A DNA stretch of 64,000 bases from the IMG/VR virus record IMGVR_UViG_3300008255_000002; one strand, 5' to 3'. The position numbers and the translations under genes were made by a program. Below are positions 11,601 through 20,601 of the stretch, in pieces. Source of the stretch: a virus. Every line of letters starts with the position of its first letter. Positions within the stretch are counted from its first letter, which is position 1. The notes under the pieces are model-generated. The model was not told the DNA's origin. It made no database searches and was given only the letters and a program-made list of their open reading frames with translations.

Positions 11601-14600
11601 TAAATTACAAAAAAACCTTGAAAAAAAAAGAAACATTGATGTTGGGTTTATTGGAGATGATGATAATAGACGCGGATTTACAGGAAATGCAGTTCGTGAT
11701 TCTGTAGGTAACAGACTTGATTATTTAGTTAGTTATGTTTCTAATGGGTTTAGTGTTGCTGGCGCTGACGAATCTACTAACGCAAAAACACAACAAAAAT
11801 TAGATGAATTTAATGCTGTTCAAGGAACACCTGTTGTTGATCGTATATTCCAAACAATTGAGCGTGCATCCGAAAGAACTAACGCAAAAGATTTTGAATC
11901 ATTTTTAAAGGAAAACGATGGTTTAGTTGTTAGTTTACTTAATCAGGCTGGTCAATTAAGTTCGACTCCAGGAGAATTATTAAGCGAAGAAGCAAAGGTT
12001 ACCTATGAATCTAATAAACGTGAGACAGAAAGAAGTCTTTCTGTTAGAAAGTCTATATTTGAATTTAACTCCCTAAGTAAAGCTATTAATTCTGTAGTTG
12101 TTCAATTTTCTAATCTAAATGATAATTTAGGGTCCACAACATTATTTGAAGGTGTTTCTACAAGACAATCGAATCTATCTTCAACTGTTGATTTCTTTGG
12201 GACTGCAAACGTTAAAGGTTTTGAAAAAGGTATTAATACTCTAACAAGTGTTATTGGTAGTAATGGATTATCTGGTCAATTTACATCTACCGCCCTACAA
12301 TCAAATAAAATTTTACCAAATTTAGTTAGTGTTATTGGATCAACCCTACAAAGAGATCCTAGTGTTGATGCTAGTGTTGCTTTTAGAGAAAATATTGAAA
12401 AATTCACACCTGGATTATCAAAAGAATTTGTTGATCAATTAGTTGCTGTTGCCGGAACACAATTAAATGAGGCTGATTTTGCAAAGCGTTTTAGAAATAA
12501 TCCTGCCGAAATAGCAACCAATTTATTATCAGATTCATTTCCAAATATAAACGAAACATTATCTAATGTATTTAAGAATCTTGATTCTATTAGTAATGAT
12601 TTTCAAAGTAATGTTGTTAGAACTGTGCGTTTTAGCGATGACATACTTTCTAGTAGAAATCGCTCGGAAGAATTAAGAGGTCAATCTGATCGGTTCCGCG
12701 TGGATAATTTAGCTTTTGCATCCGGTAGATCAAATCCTCTTGATTTCCTTTCCCTAAATCAACTAAGACAACCATTTATTAATCAACAAGCTAATTTAAG
12801 TGGGTTGTCCGCTGATCGCGCTACTGATCCATTAGCAATATCTGGAGCACTTTCAAACACATTAGAATTGATTCGTACAAGACAACAGGAATCGAGCCAA
12901 ACAACAGATTTCCGAGAACAATTAAAAATTAATGAAGAATTAATTCGTTTACAATCTACTGCTGGTAGATTACGCCAATCATTAGAAAATCTTACAGATA
13001 CATCTAAAACAACCGCTGCCGCGCAAGAAAAACTTTCTCAGATTCAAAATGACAGGCAATCTCGGTTAGGGTTTGTTGAAAACTTCTTATCTAGCGATCT
13101 ATCTGGTAGACAGGAAATTAATCGTGCTGCAAATCTAACTAGTATTGCCGCACAACAAGGTACGTTAAGAAATATTGATGCTTCTACAGGTGGCGTTGGA
13201 ACAAAAGAAATCCTTTCATTCTTAAATAGTCTTGGATCTTCACAACTCCCCGGTTTGGGTGGTATTCGTGCGAATGATCTTAAAAATCAATTACTTGCTG
13301 AATTTGGCGGCGGAATTGTTGATGCTGGAGGATTAAATGAACAAGAAGTATTCTTAAGACAATTTATACAGGAACAATTAAATATTGCTAATACATCACA
13401 AAATGAATTAACATCTTTGTTATCTGATGAAAACACCAGATTTAATGAACAACTTAAAGCTAATCTTGTTTCTACTCTTGGTGGAATCCACGCAGATTTT
13501 GCAAGTACACTTTCACAAGAATTAAAAAATGCAAATGATGTAGTTGATATTCGACCAAATCAAGGATTTGTCGGACCACCAAAACCAACAGAAGACGATT
13601 TGCGTGCAGCAGAAGCGGCGATTAATGCTCAAAAAACTCAAGAAGCATTAGCCGATCCTAAAATTCAGGCTGAAATTAAAGCTTTGAATGGTATAACATC
13701 AGGAAAAAAACAAATAAGATATAGACCAGTTGATGGTTTAGGTGGTTCTTTTGGTGGTGGTCTTGGTGGCATCCCAATAGAAGAACCAGCATATAAGAAA
13801 TTGTTCGGTTTGGAAAGTGGAGGAAAAATAACAGGCGGAACATATGGTAAAGATAGTATTCCTGCTATGCTTGCCGGGGGCGAATATGTCGTAAATGCTC
13901 AATCCGCATCGCAAAATATGGATATATTAGAAGCTATAAATAGTGGCAAGAAACCTATCAGAATGGCTAATGGAGGTTTGACACCAAGGTCTAAATTTGC
14001 ATTAAGATTAAGAGATATTGATGAAGAAATTAAGGTATCACAACAATTTATGGAGGATTTTCAAAAAACAAAACAAAATATAACAACTAACTCTCTAAGT
14101 CCAATGAGACAACGTAGTGCTGTTGTTCCACAAAGAGAAACAAGCGGTTTTATTCAAAGATATAGAGATCAATTAGCTCAAAGTCAAGCAAATAATCAAC
14201 CCTTACCCAAAGATACAGGTATTGATCCTGTTACCGCTGATCGTTTAGCAAGATCCAAGAGTGTTAGTGTTGGTGGTGACGGATTAAAATCTTTTAGTGA
14301 TGAAAGACGACAACAATTATCAGGTGTAGTGGACCGTAGACGTAAAAAAGAACAAGATAGTATTCGTAGAAATATAGATTTTGTTGCGAATAGAGGAATG
14401 GGATCATTTACACAAAATCAAAATCAACAACAAGAATTCCATATGAATCCTGTACAACCAATGAATGATTCATCATTTAAAAACTCTGTAGGGGTATTAA
14501 ATAATAGCTTCCAAATATTCCAAGAAACAGCTACAGAACTTGCTAAAGTTTTATCTAATTTAAGTATTCAGGTTGAAAGAAATGGAAAAATTGAGGTTGT

Positions 14601-14730
14601 TGTGAATGGCGCGGAGGTTTTAGCTAGAATTAGGGGTGATTTGGAAGTTTATATTAGGGAGAGGATAGCAGAGGCTATTAAACCAATTAAAGATAAACAA
14701 GGTTTAGATGATAGGACACCAACAATATGA
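5674..14730 (+). CDS. Tape measure protein (TP901-like N-terminal core) with inserted repeats and HExxH domain
   Basis: 3018 aa; N-terminal TMP core (RESAETIATALRTIFGRL), Gly/Ala-rich hydrophobic stretch, coiled coils, repeated GG.V.G...D.iPa.L..GEyV motifs; GAGG RBS. Confidence 0.9.
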   Translation: MSIPLSAQLQISPPQNLNQVRQAIQSSLNGVRADINVAIKQGSLNNISSLNNNINNLQSNINKIPSSINKANRSFVSFSDNIAVSTRRMTAFIIGLTAVSKIESAFFDAAKSALEFQHELVRLGQIGNDTRNDIASISNEVGRLSKAFGTFSGDLLKSASTLRQAGFNIKETVGFLETLAKTTLAPTFDNLEQTTEGAIAIMNQFGSTINDSSGKIAFLEKSLGAINKVSARYAVESSDLIGAVQRTGGAFEAAGGNLNELIGIMTSIRSSTRESAETIATALRTIFGRLQRTDTVERLSQLGVQLRITAQEAARSGKEIGEFVGPYRAIQEIGKALENVPRGSVVFAQIAEEIGGIRQLSKVIPLLKEYKLAREATLTAERGSFSLDADAVRAQQSLAVQLSKTAENFRDLFRTLADNDPLKEFISTSLKAVNALIEMGKVLKPLVPLFLTLGGFKIGQLGTDTVRKLIGGAGGIPSASITGGKYGYASGGTVKRFNTGGPVPGHMNTDSIPSLLTPGEYVFSKKAAQKIGYAKLNKMNRAGYARGGKVKPKMSDIIKQMGDYEDIAPTLDLDNYPNPPDLIDPKARKNIDERIKALFGPKMTRNDLRPFELGSGKKSTDESSYNYFTTRSLKETRKEKRPLKLLGYEFKKRNVYGKEIPQFKRDRNDNFEDGIINTLYSEFKSYLPKKYDTYDFDPQNKIDPQPIDNYIKFDQSRGGRSQERYYQNQIVKKVFGEQNIKLSDLLPFERPDVTTSDITKRISKEKDITLKDFRSVFGKKPQLDQLSKNTLISGLGNGITSDDLYPFEIPNNKTQKLPKSIFEQQRFSLNTQKELRPLKLLGHEFQKRDVYGNIIPRYKKDIIRAAKRSNQPIDTFEFGSREPVAEFGNILFDNSPQGQTQRRKYQNQIVKNVFGENFKLSDLRPGERPDVQKRDVISGDNEVSLSQFRQVFGRKPRLESDMVDPIDSTIAQVFGKGVTKEDLHPSDIPTTSRTSIIPPKRQNPLYLGRSPEAFRFKILGSVAYGPDQYDIDGNRVISDRLPKKFFGRSGRTYDTRKRYQTGGSVFRGFVPGVGNGDTYPAELEEGSFVLRKAAVEAFKPSLMSEPENNLLSHQYEIAMKLKAMGGMGATLRKYSKGGIVQKFKEGGTVPGIDNEIRRILKNLGLKDIDISGIVKSIEVNPELLNSLSKQGATPKGYFQPSQQLGTSGQITLKDISKTSLQETLPHELAHALDDAGRLNSGSLISGSSSTIQSISERAFDRFVSPNKQKIYRDKIYGNRYDKMRSVEGFANLLQRYQKYQSSGSIGKFRQRKDKDLFNAYESVILPLLQQNTEEFFGSAPSRLPSNITNFVTKPINFGTSTSLQPSPQSPTPDILSSLGSISKSPNLSSFISGGSTPTNPPQPPNQQPQFPNNLRFLDVFRRAGFATKEKGDFNPLVDLMKSLGFNTFSGRDGATKTLSQRIDFNDPKQLGFAQDVPNTLSNIGKTFDIRPDQINNLIKYNRIGLPTNLDPTNEAFTDPSELSSLIGVINQLQGSTGTFQDTFGKIPSKGRSKTDITKDRISQINYINKLSSFSGGSFNVQKAKTPLQSLQQNVPLSGKLDLDSLGLKPNEVNTLGGISKITKIPQKVISGVLLGKGKTKRSDELRTGLLSSGVLGVNSISRDDILQKKNASIQDLEILAKGGQSSIERESLNFNQQINDPGLQNLIISQLLGYRGIGRNKEKLDATSLGNLPINPSNFSRFDSGVTRRDARKSQFRKDFDFLKDNKLTRSIGADKLINRGSSLLSGFGAGLKDKFYTEDDVIAAREIAEKETLEKRASGLIGEDDFVRPSVSKTGYKQNKKIGLSRRLGRLPGKISRGLGKFSAGLSGSALGIGIGAQLLAQQLPDNTSSDAGFKGSLQYGSTGALVGSAFGPQGVALGALTGGIYGATKGLEDFQKKLLEKDFGKALESLDFQLTKLSNNFESFDSSKITNSFNKLQKNLEKKRNIDVGFIGDDDNRRGFTGNAVRDSVGNRLDYLVSYVSNGFSVAGADESTNAKTQQKLDEFNAVQGTPVVDRIFQTIERASERTNAKDFESFLKENDGLVVSLLNQAGQLSSTPGELLSEEAKVTYESNKRETERSLSVRKSIFEFNSLSKAINSVVVQFSNLNDNLGSTTLFEGVSTRQSNLSSTVDFFGTANVKGFEKGINTLTSVIGSNGLSGQFTSTALQSNKILPNLVSVIGSTLQRDPSVDASVAFRENIEKFTPGLSKEFVDQLVAVAGTQLNEADFAKRFRNNPAEIATNLLSDSFPNINETLSNVFKNLDSISNDFQSNVVRTVRFSDDILSSRNRSEELRGQSDRFRVDNLAFASGRSNPLDFLSLNQLRQPFINQQANLSGLSADRATDPLAISGALSNTLELIRTRQQESSQTTDFREQLKINEELIRLQSTAGRLRQSLENLTDTSKTTAAAQEKLSQIQNDRQSRLGFVENFLSSDLSGRQEINRAANLTSIAAQQGTLRNIDASTGGVGTKEILSFLNSLGSSQLPGLGGIRANDLKNQLLAEFGGGIVDAGGLNEQEVFLRQFIQEQLNIANTSQNELTSLLSDENTRFNEQLKANLVSTLGGIHADFASTLSQELKNANDVVDIRPNQGFVGPPKPTEDDLRAAEAAINAQKTQEALADPKIQAEIKALNGITSGKKQIRYRPVDGLGGSFGGGLGGIPIEEPAYKKLFGLESGGKITGGTYGKDSIPAMLAGGEYVVNAQSASQNMDILEAINSGKKPIRMANGGLTPRSKFALRLRDIDEEIKVSQQFMEDFQKTKQNITTNSLSPMRQRSAVVPQRETSGFIQRYRDQLAQSQANNQPLPKDTGIDPVTADRLARSKSVSVGGDGLKSFSDERRQQLSGVVDRRRKKEQDSIRRNIDFVANRGMGSFTQNQNQQQEFHMNPVQPMNDSSFKNSVGVLNNSFQIFQETATELAKVLSNLSIQVERNGKIEVVVNGAEVLARIRGDLEVYIRERIAEAIKPIKDKQGLDDRTPTI

Positions 14731-16730
14731 GTTTTGTAACATATAGTGGACAGCGTTTAATTCCGGCACCATTTGTTAGTTTTCAAAAAAGATCACAAAC
14801 TAGTAATGATGCTGAAAAAATAGGCGAATTTTATGATATAACAATTAAAGGAACTGTTCTTGCATTTAAAGGTTCTCCTATGTCTGGGGGCACATTTCAT
14901 ACAGGAACAGATTATCCGTCAGATGAAGAAATTCCATCAAATCAACGTTTAGAAGTTTTATTTAATAAACGTGCGGCTGTAGATAAATTATTTTCTGTTG
15001 ATGGTTTAGAATTACGTTGGCAATCCGCTAATTTAGGACAACCAGTATATTGTTATCCGCGAATACGTAATATTGATTGGTCAGAGGGTTTATGGTATAG
15101 TGAGATTGATTATACTATAACATGTGATGCTGATATGATTTATGGATTACCTTCTTTAACCGATAATAGATTTGAACATTATATTGATTCTGCCGATGAA
15201 TCATGGTCTATTGAAGAGGGGCAAATTCCAGGAATATATAATGTAACACACTCTGTTAATGCTGTAGGAAAACGCTTTTATGTATCTGGTGTTTTAGCTC
15301 TTGAACCATATGAAACAGCAAAACAATATGTTTTAAATAAATTAGGTTTTAGTAATACTATTTTTAATAGTTCGATATTGGCTCAGACAGGGGTTAGTGT
15401 TGCGGATTTTGTAAATTTAACTCCTTATAATTTAAATAGAACAGAAACAGTAGATAAGTTAGGTGGCGGATATAGCGCACAAGAAACATGGATTCTATCA
15501 AGCGGATTGGCGAATGAAGAATATACAATTAGAGTTACTAATAATAATGAAGATCCATTAAAATATACATCTATATCTGTCGAAGGGACGATTCGCGGAC
15601 ACTATACATTAATGTATGATTATGATACTGCATATCAAAATGCTTTATCTTACTTTAATATTGTTAAGTCTGGTATGGATTCTCGCGTTATTAATGTTAG
15701 TTCGGGAAATTATATAAGCAGTAATGTTTCTTATGACCCACTAAGAGGCACTATTAATTATTCTTACGAATATGATACTCGTGCATTAAATAGCGGCACA
15801 TATGAAGAATATACTATTTCTCAACAATTTGAATTTACAGATTATCGCACTGTTGTAGGAATTAATGGTCGTGTAATTGGTGTGCTTTCCCCTAACGAAA
15901 CAGATCAATCTTTAAGATATCAAAAAGCAAAAGTTAAATGGAATGTTTTACAATCAGAACTTTATAATCGCGCATCAACATATGTTACTGGTGTTAAAAA
16001 CTTAAGAAGTGTCCCTATTCGCAAAGACGCAACTCATAATCCTATCGGCGGATATATTGATTATTCTTATGAATTTAATAATAGAGATCCTGATGTTGCA
16101 ATAGAAGAATTTACCGTCTCGCAACGATATGCTGTTGATCAAGGATTTCAAACAGTAGGGATTAATGGTAGTGTTCAGGGATATGATATAAGTCAGACAG
16201 GACATATATTAGAGCGTTATAATAATGCTTTGTCCGCGATGCCAAGTGAAATCGAAATTTATAATAAGGCTCAAGAATATGCAAGCGGAATATATTTATA
16301 TAATAATGTTCTCTCTAAAGAAATAGCTCGTTCTCCTAACAATGGAACAATTAGTTATCAATATGAATATAGCACACAATCACCGCCTTTAATTAGTGGG
16401 GCGATTTCCGAAACAATTTCTGTTAGCGATGATTATCAGTCTGATGTTTTTGCCAACATCCCCATTCCAGGAAGAATTGCCGGACCAATTTTACAAGATA
16501 TGAATACTAAAACTGCAAGACGTAGACAAATTTCAATAGAAATAGTAGTTCCACCATATACAGGAATAAGTATTTTAGGGGGTTATAATACTAAACCTAA
16601 TATCACAACATATATAGAAGAAGTAAAACCAACTGGAACTTGGGTATTTTTAAATGATGGGGCGAATGAAACATGGGATTGGAAAATGGGGCGGTACTTT
16701 AGGCAGGCATCCTGGACGTATTCAGACTAA
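14727..16730 (+). CDS. Tail tip/distal tail protein with three internal repeats
   Basis: 667 aa right after TMP; repeated 'EE(Y/F)T(I/V)...G.I.G...Y.NA...G.I.Y.YEY' units. Confidence 0.65.
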   Translation: MSFVTYSGQRLIPAPFVSFQKRSQTSNDAEKIGEFYDITIKGTVLAFKGSPMSGGTFHTGTDYPSDEEIPSNQRLEVLFNKRAAVDKLFSVDGLELRWQSANLGQPVYCYPRIRNIDWSEGLWYSEIDYTITCDADMIYGLPSLTDNRFEHYIDSADESWSIEEGQIPGIYNVTHSVNAVGKRFYVSGVLALEPYETAKQYVLNKLGFSNTIFNSSILAQTGVSVADFVNLTPYNLNRTETVDKLGGGYSAQETWILSSGLANEEYTIRVTNNNEDPLKYTSISVEGTIRGHYTLMYDYDTAYQNALSYFNIVKSGMDSRVINVSSGNYISSNVSYDPLRGTINYSYEYDTRALNSGTYEEYTISQQFEFTDYRTVVGINGRVIGVLSPNETDQSLRYQKAKVKWNVLQSELYNRASTYVTGVKNLRSVPIRKDATHNPIGGYIDYSYEFNNRDPDVAIEEFTVSQRYAVDQGFQTVGINGSVQGYDISQTGHILERYNNALSAMPSEIEIYNKAQEYASGIYLYNNVLSKEIARSPNNGTISYQYEYSTQSPPLISGAISETISVSDDYQSDVFANIPIPGRIAGPILQDMNTKTARRRQISIEIVVPPYTGISILGGYNTKPNITTYIEEVKPTGTWVFLNDGANETWDWKMGRYFRQASWTYSD

Positions 16731-16748
16731 TAGTTTTTTGGTTATATT

Positions 16749-17468
16749 ATGAATAATAACAAATTTGTAAATCACAACTTTTTTGATAATTGGTCGAGAG
16801 ACATGGCTTATTGTTTGGGTTTTATTACTGCTGATGGATGCGGTTCTTATAAAAAACATAAATTAATTACATTTATATCATGTGCTTCTTATGATTTTTT
16901 AAGCGATATGTGTTTAAAAATAGGATTTGGACGTGTCAATAAGGCTAACGAATCAATTATATATAACAACGAACCATTTTCCTTACAACGTAAAAAAAAT
17001 ATTATGTTTTCTGTTAATAGATCGGATATTGAAAAAAGATATTTAACTAAAAAAGAAATTGAATATATTTTACAAAACTTCACCAATTCAGAAAACAGTA
17101 TTTCTAAAGTTTGTAACTTATTATCATTAACAAAATTCCAATTATTAGTTAAAGTAAGAAGACTTGGTATATGTAATAAACCACATAGAAAATGGAGTAA
17201 AGAAGATATATTGTATGTAAAAAATAATTATGCCCCACAAAATCATAAAAAATCTATTAATAATATCAATCAAACCTTAGCGTCAATAGAATATTTTTTA
17301 ACACGAAACAATATTAGATTTATTAGAAAAAAAGTAACAAAACAAGAGAAGGATTTTATATTACAAAATAGAGAGATTGGTATCGATTGGCTATCTTTAA
17401 AATTAGGAAGAACAAAAAGTTCTATATATAATATTATTAATAGAATGGGGATTAATTATGAGTGTTGA
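16749..17468 (+). CDS. Degenerate LAGLIDADG homing endonuclease with C-terminal HTH/Myb-like repeats
   Basis: NHNFFDNWSRDMAYCLGFITADG motif; only one LAGLIDADG helix; Lys-rich, inserted between tail genes. Confidence 0.65.
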   Translation: MNNNKFVNHNFFDNWSRDMAYCLGFITADGCGSYKKHKLITFISCASYDFLSDMCLKIGFGRVNKANESIIYNNEPFSLQRKKNIMFSVNRSDIEKRYLTKKEIEYILQNFTNSENSISKVCNLLSLTKFQLLVKVRRLGICNKPHRKWSKEDILYVKNNYAPQNHKKSINNINQTLASIEYFLTRNNIRFIRKKVTKQEKDFILQNREIGIDWLSLKLGRTKSSIYNIINRMGINYEC

Positions 17469-20400
17469 TTTGATCAAATTTATGGGAGCTACTGTTAAAT
17501 CTTTTTCATGTGTTGCTGGATGGCAAGAGCAATCTTCGCAAATTCGTATTGAATTAGTTGAAGATATTGATGATTCTTTTCAAAATTCTGATATAGGAAC
17601 GCCACAACATTTCGTGTGTAGTGGTTTCGTATTTGATGGTATTGTTAAAAGTATTGAGTATAGTGAATCTACTGGTGGAAAAATACATTCGGTTTTGTTA
17701 ACCGCTCCAACAGAACTTTTAGATGGCACTCAGGTTATCCTCGGCTCATATAATGGTGCGATATCTGGTGTAAAAAATGTTTTTAATGTGTTTGGTTATT
17801 GGGAAAATCAATTAGGTTTCGGCGGATCATCAATTAACGATCAGGGTATGGTTTGGGAAGGTACAGAGGTTTATGTAAGTGGGAATCCATTAGATACAAC
17901 ATTAACTATTATTAGTGGTGGTAAATATGGTATTAAACCAGCTATTGAAGTTATGCAATTGCCTTCATATACTGGATCATACGGAGAAGGTATTAAATAT
18001 AAAAATAATCATTATATAGTTAATCTTAGTGGTTTACCTGTTCCTTTAGAGGATTATCGTATTGGTAATGGATCATCAATGTCTTTAAGAGAATTAATAG
18101 ATATTGAGTGTCATGATGGAGGAAATGATTATTTAGTTAAATTAAATTATAATCCTGTTAGTGGCGAACCACACACAATTGATATCGTAACTGTTGATCG
18201 AACAATTGAACCAGATCCAAATAAAATTCAAGAATTTTTATTAGAGAAAAGTGGATTAGTTAATTCTTGGAGTTCTGGTAAAGAAATGAGATTTGATGAA
18301 ACCAACCTATTTTTAATAGGCGGTGATGTACATCAATTAATGTTACAAGAAAACTCCTCTAATATAATTCCTTATTGGGGATATGATGTTAATAATCAAA
18401 TTATTTTGGGCGCTGGATCTGGTAGCGGTTATAATGTTAACTTGAATTCTGTTCCTATTTTTGATATTATTGGTCAAAACTCTTATAATATTGATCATAT
18501 AGAAATGCGTTTAGCACTTCACTCGTATGATTTGTGGGCTGGATATGTTCAATTAACCAAACCCACACTTGCTGTTAATATAGGTTTGCCTTCGGCGTTT
18601 TCTATAAGCGATGGAATTTTTAATAGAAGACTTAATCATGATTTTGTGCAACAAAATGCGATTGCTGCTACTGCTTTTGGAGCGAGGAATGCCGATGGCG
18701 AATTTGTTCAAAAATCTCAAATACTTTATCAATTTGTAAGAAATTATATTCAGGAAAATTATGGAAGGAAGTTTTTAGTTGCAACCCCTACAGCAATTAA
18801 TTTTAAAATAGAAAATGGTACAAATAGAGTTGTTTATAGCTGGGAACCAACAGATTCAGCTTATACGAATGATGGAGCGTCACCATTAGGCATTAATATA
18901 TATAATGAGGATTATATTAAAGGGGAAGATGGAAGAATATCAGCTTTTGTTAAATATAGTAATACGTCCAATATAGATCCAACATCAATTATAAATGCAA
19001 ACTTTCTAATTCAAGGAACTGATATATATGTTCCATGTAGGATTTTACATGAATATGGAATTATTTATGTTAATGGTGTTTCTTCTGTTGTTATATCTAT
19101 TGACACGCCATTGTTTTATAAGGCTGACGACTCTTTAGGTGGCGTGGAACATATTAATGCTGCGTTCGGTATAAATATTAATAATGCTGCAAATATTAGA
19201 GCAGGATATATTCCAGGAAGATTGCATCCCGAAACCGCTATTCCTGTTGGTGTTGCTATCCCAATGAAGAGTAATGAATACAGTTATGGACCTTGGTATA
19301 CGAATAATGGACCGGAAGGAAGAGTAGAATTTAGAAAAGAAGATGGATTAGTTCCGTGGCAATATGGTGGATATGAGTTAATGAATGCTGCCGCACAATC
19401 ATACCTTGATAATTTTGTAACACAAACACAATCAGTTGAAAATGCGCGTATTGCAATCGCTGGATATCCAGAAAGAAGTTTAGGAGAAGTTTTGGTTAGT
19501 GGTGGTCCAATTATAACAAGTGTTAATACTGAATTTAGTGATAATGGAATTATAACAAATTATGAATTAAGAACATACACCCCTCTTAAAGGACAGTTTT
19601 CTAGGGATTTAGCTGAAAGAATTCGTAGATATGGAATGGGTTTGCAACATGTTTCAAAAATTATGAAGCATGCCGGTAAACAAAATATTACATCTAATAT
19701 TCAACGGTCAAATAGAATGTATGCTTTTATGGGAAATACATCTATGGCTGTTGATTATGGATATCCGCATTGTGCTTTAGTTGGTCATTTAATTCAAAAT
19801 CCAGATAATACAGGTCAATATATTCCATTAGTTTCCGTACAAACACACGAAGAAACAGTTGGCAATATCCGTGTTGACAATACAGATATTTATTCGAGAA
19901 CATCTTGTGTTGGATTAGAAGGGATTTTTAGAAGTTTTATAGCTGGATATAATATAGATAATAATAAATTGCCATTTTTTGATAATCCACGCGGAGGGTT
20001 AGTTTCTGGAGTTCAAACATCAGAAAATATGAATCCTTTTCAACCCGGAAATGATATGGAGTGGCTTTTAAACGGAATTAATACATATAGCGGATTACAC
20101 AATAGAAAAGTTGATGATTCATTACCATATCAACAAAAACCATTAGGTGTACGTGGTCCTATAGTTTTAAATGGATGGGGATGGGATTTAGTAGGAAATC
20201 CAACGCCAAACGCGAGTGGTGAAAGTTCAACAGCGTATACAAATTTATCAGAAAATTCTTTTACTGATAATTATTTAAAGAAAAGTAATGAATGGAAAAC
20301 TGGTCCAGTTGAATTAAGATGGGACGATATTAGAAAATTATGGTGTTCGCCATATCCAATTTGGGGAAAGTTTTCGTCTACAGTTAATTCTAAAACATAT

Positions 20401-20559
20401 GGAGATATGAGAATTTATATAAATGATGTTCAATCAAGTTATTATATGAAGGTTTATAATCCGTGGAGTTCTAGTGTTGAATCTAATATGTTAGTGAAAG
20501 CAGATCCAGATTTATTAAATAACAGATATTCAATCGGTTCGGTGGATTGCGTGAGTTGA
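17458..20559 (+). CDS. Large tail tip/baseplate hub-like protein
   Basis: 1033 aa, beta-rich, last gene of the tail module. Confidence 0.6.
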   Translation: MSVDLIKFMGATVKSFSCVAGWQEQSSQIRIELVEDIDDSFQNSDIGTPQHFVCSGFVFDGIVKSIEYSESTGGKIHSVLLTAPTELLDGTQVILGSYNGAISGVKNVFNVFGYWENQLGFGGSSINDQGMVWEGTEVYVSGNPLDTTLTIISGGKYGIKPAIEVMQLPSYTGSYGEGIKYKNNHYIVNLSGLPVPLEDYRIGNGSSMSLRELIDIECHDGGNDYLVKLNYNPVSGEPHTIDIVTVDRTIEPDPNKIQEFLLEKSGLVNSWSSGKEMRFDETNLFLIGGDVHQLMLQENSSNIIPYWGYDVNNQIILGAGSGSGYNVNLNSVPIFDIIGQNSYNIDHIEMRLALHSYDLWAGYVQLTKPTLAVNIGLPSAFSISDGIFNRRLNHDFVQQNAIAATAFGARNADGEFVQKSQILYQFVRNYIQENYGRKFLVATPTAINFKIENGTNRVVYSWEPTDSAYTNDGASPLGINIYNEDYIKGEDGRISAFVKYSNTSNIDPTSIINANFLIQGTDIYVPCRILHEYGIIYVNGVSSVVISIDTPLFYKADDSLGGVEHINAAFGININNAANIRAGYIPGRLHPETAIPVGVAIPMKSNEYSYGPWYTNNGPEGRVEFRKEDGLVPWQYGGYELMNAAAQSYLDNFVTQTQSVENARIAIAGYPERSLGEVLVSGGPIITSVNTEFSDNGIITNYELRTYTPLKGQFSRDLAERIRRYGMGLQHVSKIMKHAGKQNITSNIQRSNRMYAFMGNTSMAVDYGYPHCALVGHLIQNPDNTGQYIPLVSVQTHEETVGNIRVDNTDIYSRTSCVGLEGIFRSFIAGYNIDNNKLPFFDNPRGGLVSGVQTSENMNPFQPGNDMEWLLNGINTYSGLHNRKVDDSLPYQQKPLGVRGPIVLNGWGWDLVGNPTPNASGESSTAYTNLSENSFTDNYLKKSNEWKTGPVELRWDDIRKLWCSPYPIWGKFSSTVNSKTYGDMRIYINDVQSSYYMKVYNPWSSSVESNMLVKADPDLLNNRYSIGSVDCVS

Positions 20560-20561
20560 TC

Positions 20562-20600
20562 ATAAAATAAAAAAAATCCCGCCATAAGGCGGGATAATTA
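20562..20600. terminator. Terminator between convergent gene blocks
   Basis: Perfect stem ATCCCGCC-ATAA-GGCGGGAT (20576-20595) with A-run on the left (U-tract for minus-strand transcripts). Confidence 0.85.
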
Positions 20601-20601
20601 T

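Noticed and set aside
3088-17086. Short minus-strand and alternate-frame ORFs within the tail module (3088, 6021, 7851, 8561, 16002, 16889)
   Set aside because: Shadows fully inside long, well-supported genes; no RBS or motifs
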